This document shows, piece after piece, positions 40,060-52,894 of a stretch of DNA of 64,000 nt. The notes below the pieces were generated by a model that saw nothing but the letters and a program-made list of their open reading frames with translations, made no database searches and had not been told where the DNA came from. The stretch is from assembly GCA_016282155.1 (NCBI GenBank), contig JAEEJY010000005.1:10656-74655 (forward strand), in the 5' to 3' direction. Positions within the stretch are counted from its first letter, which is position 1. Every line of letters starts with the position of its first letter. Origin of the DNA: Bacillales bacterium (GTDB lineage Bacteria > Bacillota_I > Bacilli_A > RF39 > UBA660). The position numbers were made by a program, and so were the translations under genes.

Positions 40060-42582
40060 TTAAAATTTGAAATCATCTAAGAAATCGTCAATAGTTAAAA
40101 TCTTTTCATCAACTTTTTTAAGATCAATATCTTCTTTAACTACTTCTTCTTCCTTAACTACTTGAATAGAATCTGATTCTCTAGAAGATAATTCTTCTTT
40201 CAAGTATGCTTCATTTACTTTACCTTTAGTAAATTGTGTACCTGTTGAATATCTATCTGTGATAGGAAGTTCCGTAAGTTTAATAGTTTCAAAGTCATTA
40301 CCTATTTTAACTAATACACTACTTTTATTTGAAACAATAAATGTATTAATGATACTATATGGGTTTGTCTTTACATCACGTACCATAAGTACACCTTTTT
40401 TAGCACGACTTATTTTTTCAAACTCAGATAACTTAATACGTTTACCTGTTCCCTTATCAGTAATAACAGTTAAGTATTCTGCTGTTCCATCAAAAATAGT
40501 TGCTGTTACAACAAAGTCGTTCTTAAGAGCAATTGCTTTAACACCACTTGCTCTTAATCCTACAGGACTTACTTCGTTAACATCATATCTTAATCCATAA
40601 CCATTGTTTGTTGTGATAAATATTTCTGTTCCACAAGAATCAGTAACACTTACAACTTCATCATTATCTTTAAGCTTCATACAGTTAATAGGTTTACTAT
40701 AACGTTGAACCTTAAATTCATCTAACTTAGTACGTTTAACCATACCATTTTTCGTAAATGTTGTAATATATTTATCTTCATTAAAATCATAAACAGGTAT
40801 TGAAGAAATAATTTTTTCTTCTTCTTGAATTTTAATAACGTTACTTATATGTTTACCAAGCTCTTTCCATTTAAGTTCTGGAAGTTCATAAACTGGTACA
40901 TATAAATAATTACCTAAATTAGTAAATAGAAGTAATGTATCTAACGTATTCATTTCATACATTCCAATTATGCAACTACCCTCTTTAATAAGAGTATCTT
41001 CATCTTTATTATAACTACGAAGAGATACTCTTTTTACATATCCTTCATTAGTTACAACAACAATACAATCTTCTTTACTAATCATATCAGTTGTATCAAT
41101 CTTTATCTCAGTTATTTCATCTTGAATAACAGTTTTACGTTCAGTAGCATATTCTTTCTTAACAGCACGTAATTCATCTTTCATAACTGATTTTAATACT
41201 TCTTCATCATCAAGAATTTTTCTTAATCTTTCAATTTCACGAGCTAAAGCATCTTTTTCTTCTTCTAAAGCAACCACATCAGTATTTGTTAAACGATATA
41301 ATTGTAATACAACAATTGCTTCAGCTTGTTCTTCTGTAAAACCAAATTCTTTACATAAATTAGTCTTAGCATCACTCTTATTTTTAGATGCACGAATTAT
41401 CTTAATTACTTCATCTAAAATTGATAATGCTTTAATAAGACCTTCAACAATATGCATTCTTTTTTCAGCTGTTGCTAGTTCAAAGTTTGTTCTATTTAAA
41501 ATGCATTCTTTGTTATGTGCGATATAAGCGTCTAAGATAGGAATAATTCCTAAAGTCATTGGTCTTCTATTAACTATAGAAACCATATTATAATTATAGC
41601 TTATTTGTAGTTCAGTATTCTTAAGTAAGTAATTTACTACTAAATCACGACTTGCTCCTGATTTTAAATCAATTGCAATACGAAGACCAGTACGGTCTGA
41701 TTCATCTCTTACTTCACTAATACCATCTATTTTTTTATCAATTCTAATTTCATCTATTTTTTTAACTAATAATGCTTTATTAACTTCAAAAGGAATTTCT
41801 GTAATAATAATTTGCTCTTTTGATTTTTCTTTAACAAATTCATATTTACTTCTTACTATTACTTTTCCTCTACCAGTTGTAAAAGCATCAATAATACCAC
41901 TTTTACCTTCGACGATACCACCTGTAGGAAAATCTGGTCCCTTAACTATTTCTAGAATTGTATCTAAACGACAATTAGGGCTATCAATTCTTTTAATAGT
42001 TGCATCAATTATTTCCCCTAAATTATGTGGTGGAATATTAGTAGCATAACCAGCACTAATACCACTTGATCCATTTACAAGTAAATTAGGAAATCTAGCA
42101 GGTAAAACTGTAGGTTCTAATTCGGTATCATCAAAATTAGGAGCCCATTTAATTGTATCTTTATCAATGTCTCTTAATAGTTCATTAGATATTTTTGATA
42201 GACGAGCCTCTGTATAACGCATTGCGGCTGCACCATCACCATCCATTGAACCATTATTACCTTGCATATCTACATAACAAGTATTTTGTTTCCACCATTG
42301 TGACATACGTACCATCGCATCATAGATTGAACTATCACCATGAGGATGGTAATTACCCATTATGTATCCAACTGTTTTAGCACTCTTACGATATGGTTTA
42401 TCGTAAGTATTATGATCCTTATACATTCCATATAATATTCTTCTTTGTACAGGTTTTAATCCATCACGAACATCAGGTATAGCACGATCTTGAATAATAG
42501 ATTTAGCATATCTACCAAATCTATCACCCATTATTTCTTCTAGGGCATAATCGTGAATTCTTTTTAATACGTCATCTTGCAT
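40060..42582 (-). CDS. parC: DNA topoisomerase IV subunit A
   Basis: LEEIMGDRFGRYAKSIIQDRAIPDVRDGLKPVQRR, HPHGDSSIYDAMVRM, AAMRYTEARL. Confidence 0.94.
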   Translation of the reverse strand: MQDDVLKRIHDYALEEIMGDRFGRYAKSIIQDRAIPDVRDGLKPVQRRILYGMYKDHNTYDKPYRKSAKTVGYIMGNYHPHGDSSIYDAMVRMSQWWKQNTCYVDMQGNNGSMDGDGAAAMRYTEARLSKISNELLRDIDKDTIKWAPNFDDTELEPTVLPARFPNLLVNGSSGISAGYATNIPPHNLGEIIDATIKRIDSPNCRLDTILEIVKGPDFPTGGIVEGKSGIIDAFTTGRGKVIVRSKYEFVKEKSKEQIIITEIPFEVNKALLVKKIDEIRIDKKIDGISEVRDESDRTGLRIAIDLKSGASRDLVVNYLLKNTELQISYNYNMVSIVNRRPMTLGIIPILDAYIAHNKECILNRTNFELATAEKRMHIVEGLIKALSILDEVIKIIRASKNKSDAKTNLCKEFGFTEEQAEAIVVLQLYRLTNTDVVALEEEKDALAREIERLRKILDDEEVLKSVMKDELRAVKKEYATERKTVIQDEITEIKIDTTDMISKEDCIVVVTNEGYVKRVSLRSYNKDEDTLIKEGSCIIGMYEMNTLDTLLLFTNLGNYLYVPVYELPELKWKELGKHISNVIKIQEEEKIISSIPVYDFNEDKYITTFTKNGMVKRTKLDEFKVQRYSKPINCMKLKDNDEVVSVTDSCGTEIFITTNNGYGLRYDVNEVSPVGLRASGVKAIALKNDFVVTATIFDGTAEYLTVITDKGTGKRIKLSEFEKISRAKKGVLMVRDVKTNPYSIINTFIVSNKSSVLVKIGNDFETIKLTELPITDRYSTGTQFTKGKVNEAYLKEELSSRESDSIQVVKEEEVVKEDIDLKKVDEKILTIDDFLDDFKF

Positions 42583-42590
42583 GTTATCAC

Positions 42591-44495
42591 CTATATCTTA
42601 TAATTGTCTTCTAGAGTAAATACAACATTTTGATCAATCCACTCTTTACGAGGTTCAACCTTATCACCCATTAAAACACTAACTCTTTTTTCCGCAAGTG
42701 CTCCATCATTTATATTTACTCTTATTAAATTTCGTGTATCAGGATTCATAGTAGTCTCCCATAATTGATCAGCATTCATTTCACCAAGTCCTTTGTATCT
42801 TTGAACGCCTGGGCGACCACCCTTATTTTCTTTAATTTCATTTAATTCTTCATCTGTCCAAGCATATAAATGCTCTTTACCATAATCTATTTTATATAAA
42901 GGAGGTAATGCTATATAAAGCTTACCAGCTTCAATTAATGGTTTCATATAACGATAGAAGAAAGTAATTAATAAAATTTGAATATGTGCTCCATCGTCAT
43001 CGGCATCGGTCATGATAATAACCTTATCATAGTTAGAATCATTTACATCAAAATCTGAACCAACACCAGCTCCGATAGTATATATCATTGTATTAATTTC
43101 TTCATTCTTGAAGATATCTTCCATACGAGTTTTTTCAGTATTTAATACCTTACCTCTTAAAGGAAGAATAGCTTGGAATTTTCTATCTCTTCCACCTTTA
43201 GCAGATCCACCCGCAGAATCTCCTTCGACTAAGAATAACTCATTCTTTTTAGGATTCTTTGTTTGGGCAGGAGCTAACTTACCAGATAAAGCTTGTTCTT
43301 TTTTATTTTTTGATTTACCAGCACGAGCTTCATCACGCGCTTTTCTAGCAGCTTCCCTAACAGTTCTACTCTTTAACATTTTTTCAATTAAATCAGTAGC
43401 TACTGTTTTGTTTTCTTCTAAGTAATATTGTAATTTTTCATAAACAATATTTTCAACAACCGACTTAGCAACAGGAGTACCTAACTTACCTTTAGTTTGT
43501 CCTTCAAATTGAAGTAATTCTTCCGGTATTTGTAACGATATAATTGCTGTTAAGCCTTCTCTTGTATCTGAACCTTCTAAAGCTTTATCTTTATTTTTAA
43601 TGTATCCGTTTGCTTTAGCGTAATCATTAAATACACGAGTTATTGCTGTTTTAAAACCAACTTCATGGCTACCACCATCATTAGTTTTTACATTGTTAAC
43701 AAATGAAACAATATTTTCTGAATAACTATCAGTATATTGAAGAGCAACTTCAACATTAATACCATTCTTTGTTCCATCAACCATTACTACTTTATGAAGA
43801 GCTTTCTTATCATCATTGATATATTCAACAAATGCTCCTAAACCATTTTCGTAATGGAAACATTCACTTCTATTTTCGATTTCATCAATAACTTCGATTG
43901 TTAAATCCTTAAGTAAGAAAGCACTTTCTTGCATTCTTTCAGTTATTGTTGAATAAGAGAATGTTGTGATTGGAAAGATTTTTGGATCTGGTTTAAATCT
44001 TACAGTTGTTCCAGTACGGCTAGTTTTTTCACCTTTCTTTAATGGAATAACTGTATTACCACCATTTTCAAATCTAATATAATGTTCGTATCCATCTTTT
44101 TTGATAGTTACTTCCATCCATTCAGATAGTGCATTAACTACTGAACCACCTACACCGTGAAGTCCACCAGATACTTTATATACACCTTCTTCAAATTTTC
44201 CTCCAGCATGTAATACTGTATAGATAACTTCTGGTGTACTCTTACCTGAAGCATGCATTCCAACTGGAACACCACGACCTTCATCACTAACAGATACCGA
44301 ACCATCTTTATGCATTGTTATTTTAATTTTTTTACCAAAACCATTAATAGCCTCATCTATTGAATTGTCGACTATTTCCCATACTAAATGGTGTAATCCT
44401 CTTTTATCTGTTGACCCAATATACATACCAGGACGTTTTCTTACAGCTTCTAGTCCTTCTAGTATCTTAATTGAGCTCTCATCATATTTTGCCAT
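42591..44495 (-). CDS. parE: DNA topoisomerase IV subunit B
   Basis: LEGLEAVRKRPGMYIGST, LVEGDSAGGS, PLRGKVLN, QRYKGLGEMNADQLWETTM, LMGDKVEPRKEWI. Confidence 0.94.
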   Translation of the reverse strand: MAKYDESSIKILEGLEAVRKRPGMYIGSTDKRGLHHLVWEIVDNSIDEAINGFGKKIKITMHKDGSVSVSDEGRGVPVGMHASGKSTPEVIYTVLHAGGKFEEGVYKVSGGLHGVGGSVVNALSEWMEVTIKKDGYEHYIRFENGGNTVIPLKKGEKTSRTGTTVRFKPDPKIFPITTFSYSTITERMQESAFLLKDLTIEVIDEIENRSECFHYENGLGAFVEYINDDKKALHKVVMVDGTKNGINVEVALQYTDSYSENIVSFVNNVKTNDGGSHEVGFKTAITRVFNDYAKANGYIKNKDKALEGSDTREGLTAIISLQIPEELLQFEGQTKGKLGTPVAKSVVENIVYEKLQYYLEENKTVATDLIEKMLKSRTVREAARKARDEARAGKSKNKKEQALSGKLAPAQTKNPKKNELFLVEGDSAGGSAKGGRDRKFQAILPLRGKVLNTEKTRMEDIFKNEEINTMIYTIGAGVGSDFDVNDSNYDKVIIMTDADDDGAHIQILLITFFYRYMKPLIEAGKLYIALPPLYKIDYGKEHLYAWTDEELNEIKENKGGRPGVQRYKGLGEMNADQLWETTMNPDTRNLIRVNINDGALAEKRVSVLMGDKVEPRKEWIDQNVVFTLEDNYKI

Positions 44496-44572
44496 CTTAA
44501 TCACCATCCTAATTATAACATAATATCCTTATAAAATAAAGGAAAACAAAGAAAAAGAAGAACTAAATTCTT

Positions 44573-46804
44573 CTATTCTTTATCATCATTTTCAATTTCA
44601 ACTAAAAGTTTTCGAGGTTTAGAACCATTTGCTGGTCCTACTATTCCTCTTTCTTCTAATTTATCAATAATACATGCTGCTCTATTATAACCAATTCTAA
44701 ATCTTCTCTGTAATGAAGAAGTAGATGCACCCTTTTTCTCAATAACAAATTCAACTGCTTGAGCATATAATGGATCTTCACCAGCATCATAATCTTGTCC
44801 TTCATTATCTCCCATTTTAAATGAGGAAGAAGCATTCATTTCTTCAATATCCATAGTTAATGTATTATCATATTTAGCTTTTTGTTGATTAATTGTATAA
44901 TTAATAACTTTAAACATTTCACTTGATGTTGGATCAGAATCATCAACATAAGCACCTTGAATACGCATTGGTGTATTTTCTCCTTGAGGCAAGAATAACA
45001 TATCTCCTTTACCAAGAAGTTTTTCTGCACCTATTTGATCAAGAATTGTTCTTGAATCTATTCCACTAGATACCGCAAATGATATACGTGATGGAATATT
45101 TGCTTTTACAACACCTGTAATTACATCAGTACTTGGTCTTTGTGTTGCTACTATTAAATGCATACCAGCAGCTCTGGCCATTTGTGTAATACGCATAATT
45201 GAATCTTGTACTTCTTTAGCAGCTACCATCATAAGATCCGCTAACTCATCGATTACAATTACGATAAATGGCATCTTATGTAATTTTTCGCTATCAGGAA
45301 GTGTTGCATTTTTCTTTTCTACATAAGCATTATAACCTTCGATATTTTTTGTTCCTGTTTCTTCAAACATGTCATAACGTCTTTCCATTTCCGCAACCAT
45401 TTTCTTAAGAGCAATGTTTGCTTTTCTAGCATCCGCTACAACAGGAGCAAGTAAATGTGGTACTCCGTTATATGGAGCAAGTTCTACTTTCTTAGGATCA
45501 ATTAAAACTAATTTTACTTGATCAGGTTTAGTACGCATTAATATTGAAGTTAAAATGCAGTTAATACATACTGACTTACCACTACCAGTTGAACCAGCAA
45601 TAAGTAAGTGTGGTGTCTTATTAATCTTACAGAATTGTGGGTTACCCATAATATCTCTACCTAATACTACGGCAAGTGGTGAATCTTTCATGGTTTCTGG
45701 CATCTGAGCTAGAACTTCACGAATTGTAACCATTGTTGTTTTACGATTAGGTATTTCAATACCTACAGTTGATTTACCAGGTATTGGAGCTTCAATTCTT
45801 ACTTCTTTAGCCGCTAGTGCTAAAGCAATTTCTCTATTAATATTAAGAATTCTATTTAATTTAGTTCCACCTTTTACTTCAAGTTCATATTGCGTAACTG
45901 CAGGTCCTACATGCGCTGCAACTACTTTAGCTTGAATATCAAAATTTGCTAAAACATTTTCAAGTTGTGGAACAATTTCTTTAATACTTGCTTCATTTTC
46001 TTTAGCACTACCTTTAGTTGGACGATTAAGTAGTGTTAAAGGTGGTAAGCTGTAACTTGTGTTTTCTTCTACTATGTCTTCAACAATTTCTTCTTCATTT
46101 GAAGAAACAGTCTCAGCAACCTGTTTCTTAGGATGTGTAAGTTCATCGATACTTGAAACAATTACCTTGTCATCCTCTTCATATTCATCTTCTGCTTTAG
46201 ATATTTCTATCTTATCTTTCTTGGATAATGTTTTATCTTTTAGGTAAGTTCCCTTTTCTTTAGCAAAGTTAACTATATCTTTAATAGTTAAACCTGTAAA
46301 CATTGCAAATCCAAGAACAATAAATGTTATAGAAATTACCATAGTTCCTGTATTCTTACCATTGCCATCTAAAAAGTAAGTACTTAAACTACAGAAGATA
46401 CTACCAATCATTCCTCCACCGTCAGGAATAACTGTTGTAGTTCCTTTATAATAATTTAATAAATCACTAAAATTATGTTTAATCATATCCATACCAACAT
46501 AATTCTTATAAGTCAGATTTGTAAGTGTTAAAGCTGCTACAATCATGAATATTAAACCCATTGATTTAAAACTTAATATCTTAGGTCTTTCATTTTTAAA
46601 TAGCATATATACACCAATAAAAGCATTTATAATCATTAATTCTAAATACCATTTACCAGCAAAGAACATTGCTACACATCTTAGAAAAAATCCAACTTTT
46701 CCAAAATTAAATATTCCTATCACAGATAATAAAATGATAAATAAACCAAATAAATCTGCATTGCTTGTTTTTTCAACTTGTTTTTTCTTCTTTTTTCTTC
46801 CCAT
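44573..46804 (-). CDS. ftsK: FtsK/SpoIIIE DNA translocase
   Basis: N-terminal TM helices, PHLLIAGSTGSGKS, IDELADLMM, ATQRPS, gamma domain LQRRFRIGYNRA. Confidence 0.95.
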   Translation of the reverse strand: MGRKKKKKQVEKTSNADLFGLFIILLSVIGIFNFGKVGFFLRCVAMFFAGKWYLELMIINAFIGVYMLFKNERPKILSFKSMGLIFMIVAALTLTNLTYKNYVGMDMIKHNFSDLLNYYKGTTTVIPDGGGMIGSIFCSLSTYFLDGNGKNTGTMVISITFIVLGFAMFTGLTIKDIVNFAKEKGTYLKDKTLSKKDKIEISKAEDEYEEDDKVIVSSIDELTHPKKQVAETVSSNEEEIVEDIVEENTSYSLPPLTLLNRPTKGSAKENEASIKEIVPQLENVLANFDIQAKVVAAHVGPAVTQYELEVKGGTKLNRILNINREIALALAAKEVRIEAPIPGKSTVGIEIPNRKTTMVTIREVLAQMPETMKDSPLAVVLGRDIMGNPQFCKINKTPHLLIAGSTGSGKSVCINCILTSILMRTKPDQVKLVLIDPKKVELAPYNGVPHLLAPVVADARKANIALKKMVAEMERRYDMFEETGTKNIEGYNAYVEKKNATLPDSEKLHKMPFIVIVIDELADLMMVAAKEVQDSIMRITQMARAAGMHLIVATQRPSTDVITGVVKANIPSRISFAVSSGIDSRTILDQIGAEKLLGKGDMLFLPQGENTPMRIQGAYVDDSDPTSSEMFKVINYTINQQKAKYDNTLTMDIEEMNASSSFKMGDNEGQDYDAGEDPLYAQAVEFVIEKKGASTSSLQRRFRIGYNRAACIIDKLEERGIVGPANGSKPRKLLVEIENDDKE

Positions 46805-46873
46805 TATATTACCTACCCTTACAAAACAATTATAACATATTACCAAATTAAAAGAAACAAATTACTTTGTTTC

Positions 46874-47919
46874 TTATTTAATAATTGTAAATAAATAGAT
46901 TAAGAATCCAACTCCGTAAGCTGTTACTATCATAGTTAATGTAACAAAACTTACAAAACCGTTATATGGAGTCATTACTAATTGTTTAACTTTATTAGTT
47001 TTTTCTAGTTGAGGTTCAGCAACTACATTAACATTAAGTGCCTTTCTTCTTTCTTTTTCAGCTTCTAATCTTCTTAAGTATTCAGCTTTTAATTTTTCTC
47101 TTCTTGCTAGAAGTATCTCTAAATCAGCATCACTTAATGTTGTTACATCTTCAATTTCATCGTCTTCTTTAACCTCATTATCAATAGGTTGCTCTACTCC
47201 TGTAGGATTATATGTTTCATTATCTAGATGAACAATCTTTTCTGCATCACTCGTTGTTTCACCTATTTTGTTAATCTTCTTATCTCCTGTAGAAGTTTCG
47301 ATAACATTATAATTTTCTCCACTATTCTTATCAACATATATACCAGCTTCAGTATTATATATTAATTCTCTATCTTTTAAATTAGAAGTTATCATTTCAT
47401 GTTCTTTTTTATCTTCTTGACTCATCACTGCAGTGTTTGCTGTTACTGTACTAGTTAAATCATATTCTTTTCTTTCATCTCTAATTGCACTTAATACTTG
47501 ATCTTTATTATCTTCCGCATTCAAGCCTTGATAATCTAAACTTTCTTTTTGTTTTTCTTCTACCTGTTCAACAATAGTTTTATCTTCCCTAGTATCATCT
47601 ATTAAATGAGTCTTATCTTCACTATCTTCAAATTCTAAATATTCTGTTCCATCAACATTAATCTTTCTAATTCCATCAACATTGATATTAGTAACAGGAT
47701 ATTTTTTATGATATTCTTCCATAAATGCATTATAGAAATTCTTATGTGCAGTATCTTCTTTATCATAAATTCCAAATTTATAAAAATCTTGTTTAATAAC
47801 TTGATTAGAATCTACCATACGAACTACATTATCTAAGAATTGTTTAAATTCTGCTTCATTAGCAAATTCACCTTTATTTATACGACCAATTATTTCTCTT
47901 GTATATCTATTATCTTCCA

Positions 47920-47920
<1 letters not shown>
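46874..47920 (-). CDS. Hypothetical acidic protein with C-terminal TM tail
   Basis: No signal peptide; ends KTNKVKQLVMTPYNGFVSFVTLTMIVTAYGVGFLIYLFTIIK. Confidence 0.65.
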
Positions 47921-49212
<1,292 letters not shown>

Positions 49213-49247
49213 TTACAATTAATATAATACTAATTACGAGGTGTAGT

Positions 49248-49655
49248 ATGAAAGAATTGGTAACAGTTATTCTCGGTAAAGATGTAGAAAAGTTTGATGG
49301 CAAACGTATTGATTTGTCCTACAGAAATTCCCATCGAGAGACTTTAATTAAAATAATAAAAAGATTAGAAGAGTTTGGTTTTAATATTAGCATAAATTAC
49401 AATCTAACTGGTGATGAAATAGCCGATGATTTTGCTGCTTTAGGCAATGTAGTAATTCTTAATTTGAATAACCAAATATATTTTCTAAAACTACCTGAAA
49501 CTTTAACAGAAAAACAAGCTATAGAATTAAAGAAAATTGAACAAGAAATTAAAAATAGTAAAACTTACGAACAAACAGTTAATAAAGAAGGCAATATCGT
49601 TAATTCTAAAGAATTTAAATTAAATTATAATTATAAAAAAAATAACAATCAATAA
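49248..49655 (+). CDS. Hypothetical protein
   Basis: 135-aa ORF, RBS GAGGTG, upstream TTGACA...TATAAT promoter. Confidence 0.65.
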   Translation: MKELVTVILGKDVEKFDGKRIDLSYRNSHRETLIKIIKRLEEFGFNISINYNLTGDEIADDFAALGNVVILNLNNQIYFLKLPETLTEKQAIELKKIEQEIKNSKTYEQTVNKEGNIVNSKEFKLNYNYKKNNNQ

Positions 49656-49659
49656 ATTG

Positions 49660-50061
49660 TTATTTTTTTATTTCATATCTAATTTCAACAGCTTCTGATA
49701 AATCAGTATTTATTGAAGCTTTAATTGTTTTAGAACCTTTTTTAGGTATTACATCACCTACATAGCCAGGCATTGTTACTATTACATTACCATCTTTACC
49801 AATTACTATAATTTCATATTCTTCTAACTTATAATCTGCATCTGTATTATTAACAGCTTCAGCTACATAATATGATATTCCATCTTCAATAACTAAAGAA
49901 ACTCCTTTGATAGTGATACCATCAACATCTTGTTCTTTAACTACTTCTTCATTAGTGTTTACATTAATATTTGGTTCTTTTTTTTCTTCTTTTTTCTTGC
50001 ATCCTGTAAAAAGAACTAAAACAGTTAGCATTACTATACCTAATTTCATCATTTTTTTCAT
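49660..50061 (-). CDS. Lipoprotein with FxLYD-like Ig domain; last gene of pilin operon
   Basis: Lipobox LFTGC; NNTDADY...IIVIGKDGNVI...G; RBS GGAGG 12 bp after the previous stop. Confidence 0.7.
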   Translation of the reverse strand: MKKMMKLGIVMLTVLVLFTGCKKKEEKKEPNINVNTNEEVVKEQDVDGITIKGVSLVIEDGISYYVAEAVNNTDADYKLEEYEIIVIGKDGNVIVTMPGYVGDVIPKKGSKTIKASINTDLSEAVEIRYEIKK

Positions 50062-50073
50062 TTTATCTACCTC

Positions 50074-50994
50074 CTAATCTAAAATGAATGGGTAATCTAA
50101 TGTTCCAGCACTAGGAACATAATTAATATTTGCTTTTAATACCAATATTGGGCGAAGATGGGCAGTCACAGAAGACTCAGTGTACTTCCCGTGAATAAAA
50201 TAATAAAGAAATCCAGTATCCGCATGGATGCTATTAGCATTTACCCTTGCTATAAAATCCCACATTTCAAGTGAAGTATCAACATTATTGTAATACCTTG
50301 ATGCCCAATAATAATCATAAATGCTATTAACTGTACCATACACATTTTTAATCAAATTAAAATCGGTGTTATTTGACCATTGATCACCTGCGCCAAAAGG
50401 TTCTTCTTCTATTTGATAGCGATTACTATCAGTAGTATAATTCCATGGTTTAGTAGTTTGAACTAATTTTGTATCATCAGTAATATACTCAGTCTGATTA
50501 GTGTATCCTGCACATCTTGATCCTATAGTATATTTACTATTCTCATATTTACTGGCTAATACATTTAAATACCCTACTAAATTCATGTATCCAGTCTTAC
50601 CATAAAATTGTATTTCTTCTTCCGCAGGAGTATCTGCAATCATCTCTACCACACCATTATTAACCTTTATAACACGCCATAATTTTAACTTACTTGGATT
50701 AATTTTTTTACCATAATAATATCCAGTCATAGTTCTACTCGTTGTAAAACTCGTAACTGTCGGCGTCATTTGAATATAATCTCCAACTTGTGGAGTGTTA
50801 TGTAATAAGAAGCATTTATATCCTGATGGGCAATCACTATTATTAGCAAATAAAGTATCCAAAGCAGATTGCACGCTTGTTCCATTTGATAACACAATAG
50901 AATCCGAAGAATATAACGATGATGCAATCGCAGTACTCATCAAAATAATGCTTACAAGCAAAAAAACAAAAAAATTATTACTTAGTTTCCGCAT
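50074..50994 (-). CDS. Secreted paralogue 4 (type A), putative C-type-lectin-like fold
   Basis: Signal peptide; VQSALDTLF; VGDYIQMTP, LWRVIK, YWASR...LRPILVLK...GTLDYPF. Confidence 0.8.
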   Translation of the reverse strand: MRKLSNNFFVFLLVSIILMSTAIASSLYSSDSIVLSNGTSVQSALDTLFANNSDCPSGYKCFLLHNTPQVGDYIQMTPTVTSFTTSRTMTGYYYGKKINPSKLKLWRVIKVNNGVVEMIADTPAEEEIQFYGKTGYMNLVGYLNVLASKYENSKYTIGSRCAGYTNQTEYITDDTKLVQTTKPWNYTTDSNRYQIEEEPFGAGDQWSNNTDFNLIKNVYGTVNSIYDYYWASRYYNNVDTSLEMWDFIARVNANSIHADTGFLYYFIHGKYTESSVTAHLRPILVLKANINYVPSAGTLDYPFILD

Positions 50995-51003
50995 TTTATC
51001 CTC

Positions 51004-51960
51004 CTACTCTAATACAAATGGATCATTAATTGTACCAGCACTAAGCTTATAATTAATACTTGATTTTAATATTAATATTGGGCGAAGATGGAAATAACTA
51101 TACGCACCCGAAATATCTGTATATCCCCAAACAAGATTTTCTGCTTTTAAATTATCTTCGACATATCTTGGGCGAAAATACCACAAACCAGAAGTTGCTC
51201 CTTCATAAGTCCTAGAGGCTATAAAATATTTATATGTACTCCTCAACTTACCATACACATTTTGGACCAAGTTAATATCATTTACATATCCAAGATCACC
51301 ACCACCTAAGGATTCATAATTTTCCGGGTGGCAACTTTCACCGGTACTACAAGTCCATGGCCTCATTTCGTTTAATTTTGTATCATCCGTTAAGTATTCA
51401 GTTTGATTACTATAGCCCATGTGTCTTGATCCTACAGTATATTTACTATTCTCATACTTACTAGCTAATACATTTAAATAACCTATGTAATTCATATAAC
51501 CAGCTTTTCCATAAAAATCAATTTCTTCACTAGAAGGCTCATTAGATACCATTTCTATTGTTCCATCATTATTTACTTTTATAACGCGCCACAAATTAAC
51601 TTTATATGGATAAATTGTTTGTGATGAACCATATCCAGTCTTTGTCTTATCTGTCGCAAAACTTCTAAGTGTTGGTGTCATCTTAATATAATCACCAACT
51701 TCTGGAGTTGATTTTAATTTTATACACATATAATATGGTGGGCATTCCATACTTTCTCTTGCTTCTGCCTTAACATATAAAGCATCTAATGCATCTTTTA
51801 AAGTTGCATTAGCACTTAAATTTGAAATATTTGTAGTATCAACACTGATACTACTTGAATCTATTTTTGTACCTGCTACTACATGTATAACTGTTACTAA
51901 TATAATTGCGAGAATAAGACCATATATATAATGTCCTAATTTTCTGAATGTCTTTCTCAT
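51004..51960 (-). CDS. Secreted paralogue 3 (type B), putative C-type-lectin-like fold
   Basis: Signal peptide; LKDALDALY; same core and ASR...LRPILILK C-terminus. Confidence 0.8.
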   Translation of the reverse strand: MRKTFRKLGHYIYGLILAIILVTVIHVVAGTKIDSSSISVDTTNISNLSANATLKDALDALYVKAEARESMECPPYYMCIKLKSTPEVGDYIKMTPTLRSFATDKTKTGYGSSQTIYPYKVNLWRVIKVNNDGTIEMVSNEPSSEEIDFYGKAGYMNYIGYLNVLASKYENSKYTVGSRHMGYSNQTEYLTDDTKLNEMRPWTCSTGESCHPENYESLGGGDLGYVNDINLVQNVYGKLRSTYKYFIASRTYEGATSGLWYFRPRYVEDNLKAENLVWGYTDISGAYSYFHLRPILILKSSINYKLSAGTINDPFVLE

Positions 51961-51968
51961 AATGTCAC

Positions 51969-52886
51969 CTATCCTAAAATAAATGGGGAAGTTTCTGTTC
52001 CTAAAGATGGTGTGTAACTAATACCAGCTTTTAATATTAATATTGGACGAAGAGTTAATGATGTACTACTGGTCTCTCTAAATTTACTGCTGGAATAGTA
52101 ATATGTATAAGTATTACCAACAGCACCTTCAGAAACTGTACGTATCCTAAATCTCCATGAAGTACTACTTGAATAATCATAATATCGGGAAGCTAAATAG
52201 TAAGCTCCCGAACCAGTAGTAAGAGTTTTAAAAACCGATGTTACCAACTGTATATCCGTATTATATCCTGAATCACCTCCACCAAGATTTTCTTGGTTCT
52301 CCGGATGGCAACTTGCCCCCGTATCACAGGTCCAAGGAACAGAAGTTTGAGTTAATTTAGAAGTATCTGTTATATATTCAGTTTGACTACTATATCCAAT
52401 GTATCTTGAACCAGCAGTATATTTACTGTTTTCATATTTACTAGCCAACAAATTTAAATATCCAATATAATTCATATATCCTGCCTTACCATAAAAAGTT
52501 ACTTTTTCTGAAGAACTATTAGTAGAGATTATTTCCATTGTACCATCACTATTAACTCTTATTACACGCCATAAAGTCAATTTACTTGGATAAATTGTTT
52601 GTGCTGAACTATATCCAGTCTTAGTTTTATCTGTTGTAAAACTTGTTAGCGATGGAGTCATCTGAACATAATCACCTACTTGTGGTATATTATGATTCAA
52701 AAAACATTTATATCCAGCTGGGCAATCTGTTTTTTTACTATATAAATCTTCTATTGCATTCTGCAATGCTGAATTATCACTTAAAATAATTGAGTCGGCA
52801 GAATATGTTGATGATGCAACAGCTATTGTCAGCGATATAACGCAAATAAATAATAATATACATATTTTATCCATTGTATTTTTCAT
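51969..52886 (-). CDS. Secreted paralogue 2 (type A), putative C-type-lectin-like fold
   Basis: Signal peptide; LQNAIEDLY; same core. Confidence 0.8.
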   Translation of the reverse strand: MKNTMDKICILLFICVISLTIAVASSTYSADSIILSDNSALQNAIEDLYSKKTDCPAGYKCFLNHNIPQVGDYVQMTPSLTSFTTDKTKTGYSSAQTIYPSKLTLWRVIRVNSDGTMEIISTNSSSEKVTFYGKAGYMNYIGYLNLLASKYENSKYTAGSRYIGYSSQTEYITDTSKLTQTSVPWTCDTGASCHPENQENLGGGDSGYNTDIQLVTSVFKTLTTGSGAYYLASRYYDYSSSTSWRFRIRTVSEGAVGNTYTYYYSSSKFRETSSTSLTLRPILILKAGISYTPSLGTETSPFILG

Positions 52887-52894
52887 ATTATCAC

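Noticed and set aside
40060-44495. gyrA/gyrB assignment
   Set aside because: The N-terminus LEEIMGDRFGRY and C-terminus LMGDKVEPRKEWI are Firmicute ParC/ParE signatures; no GyrA box seen
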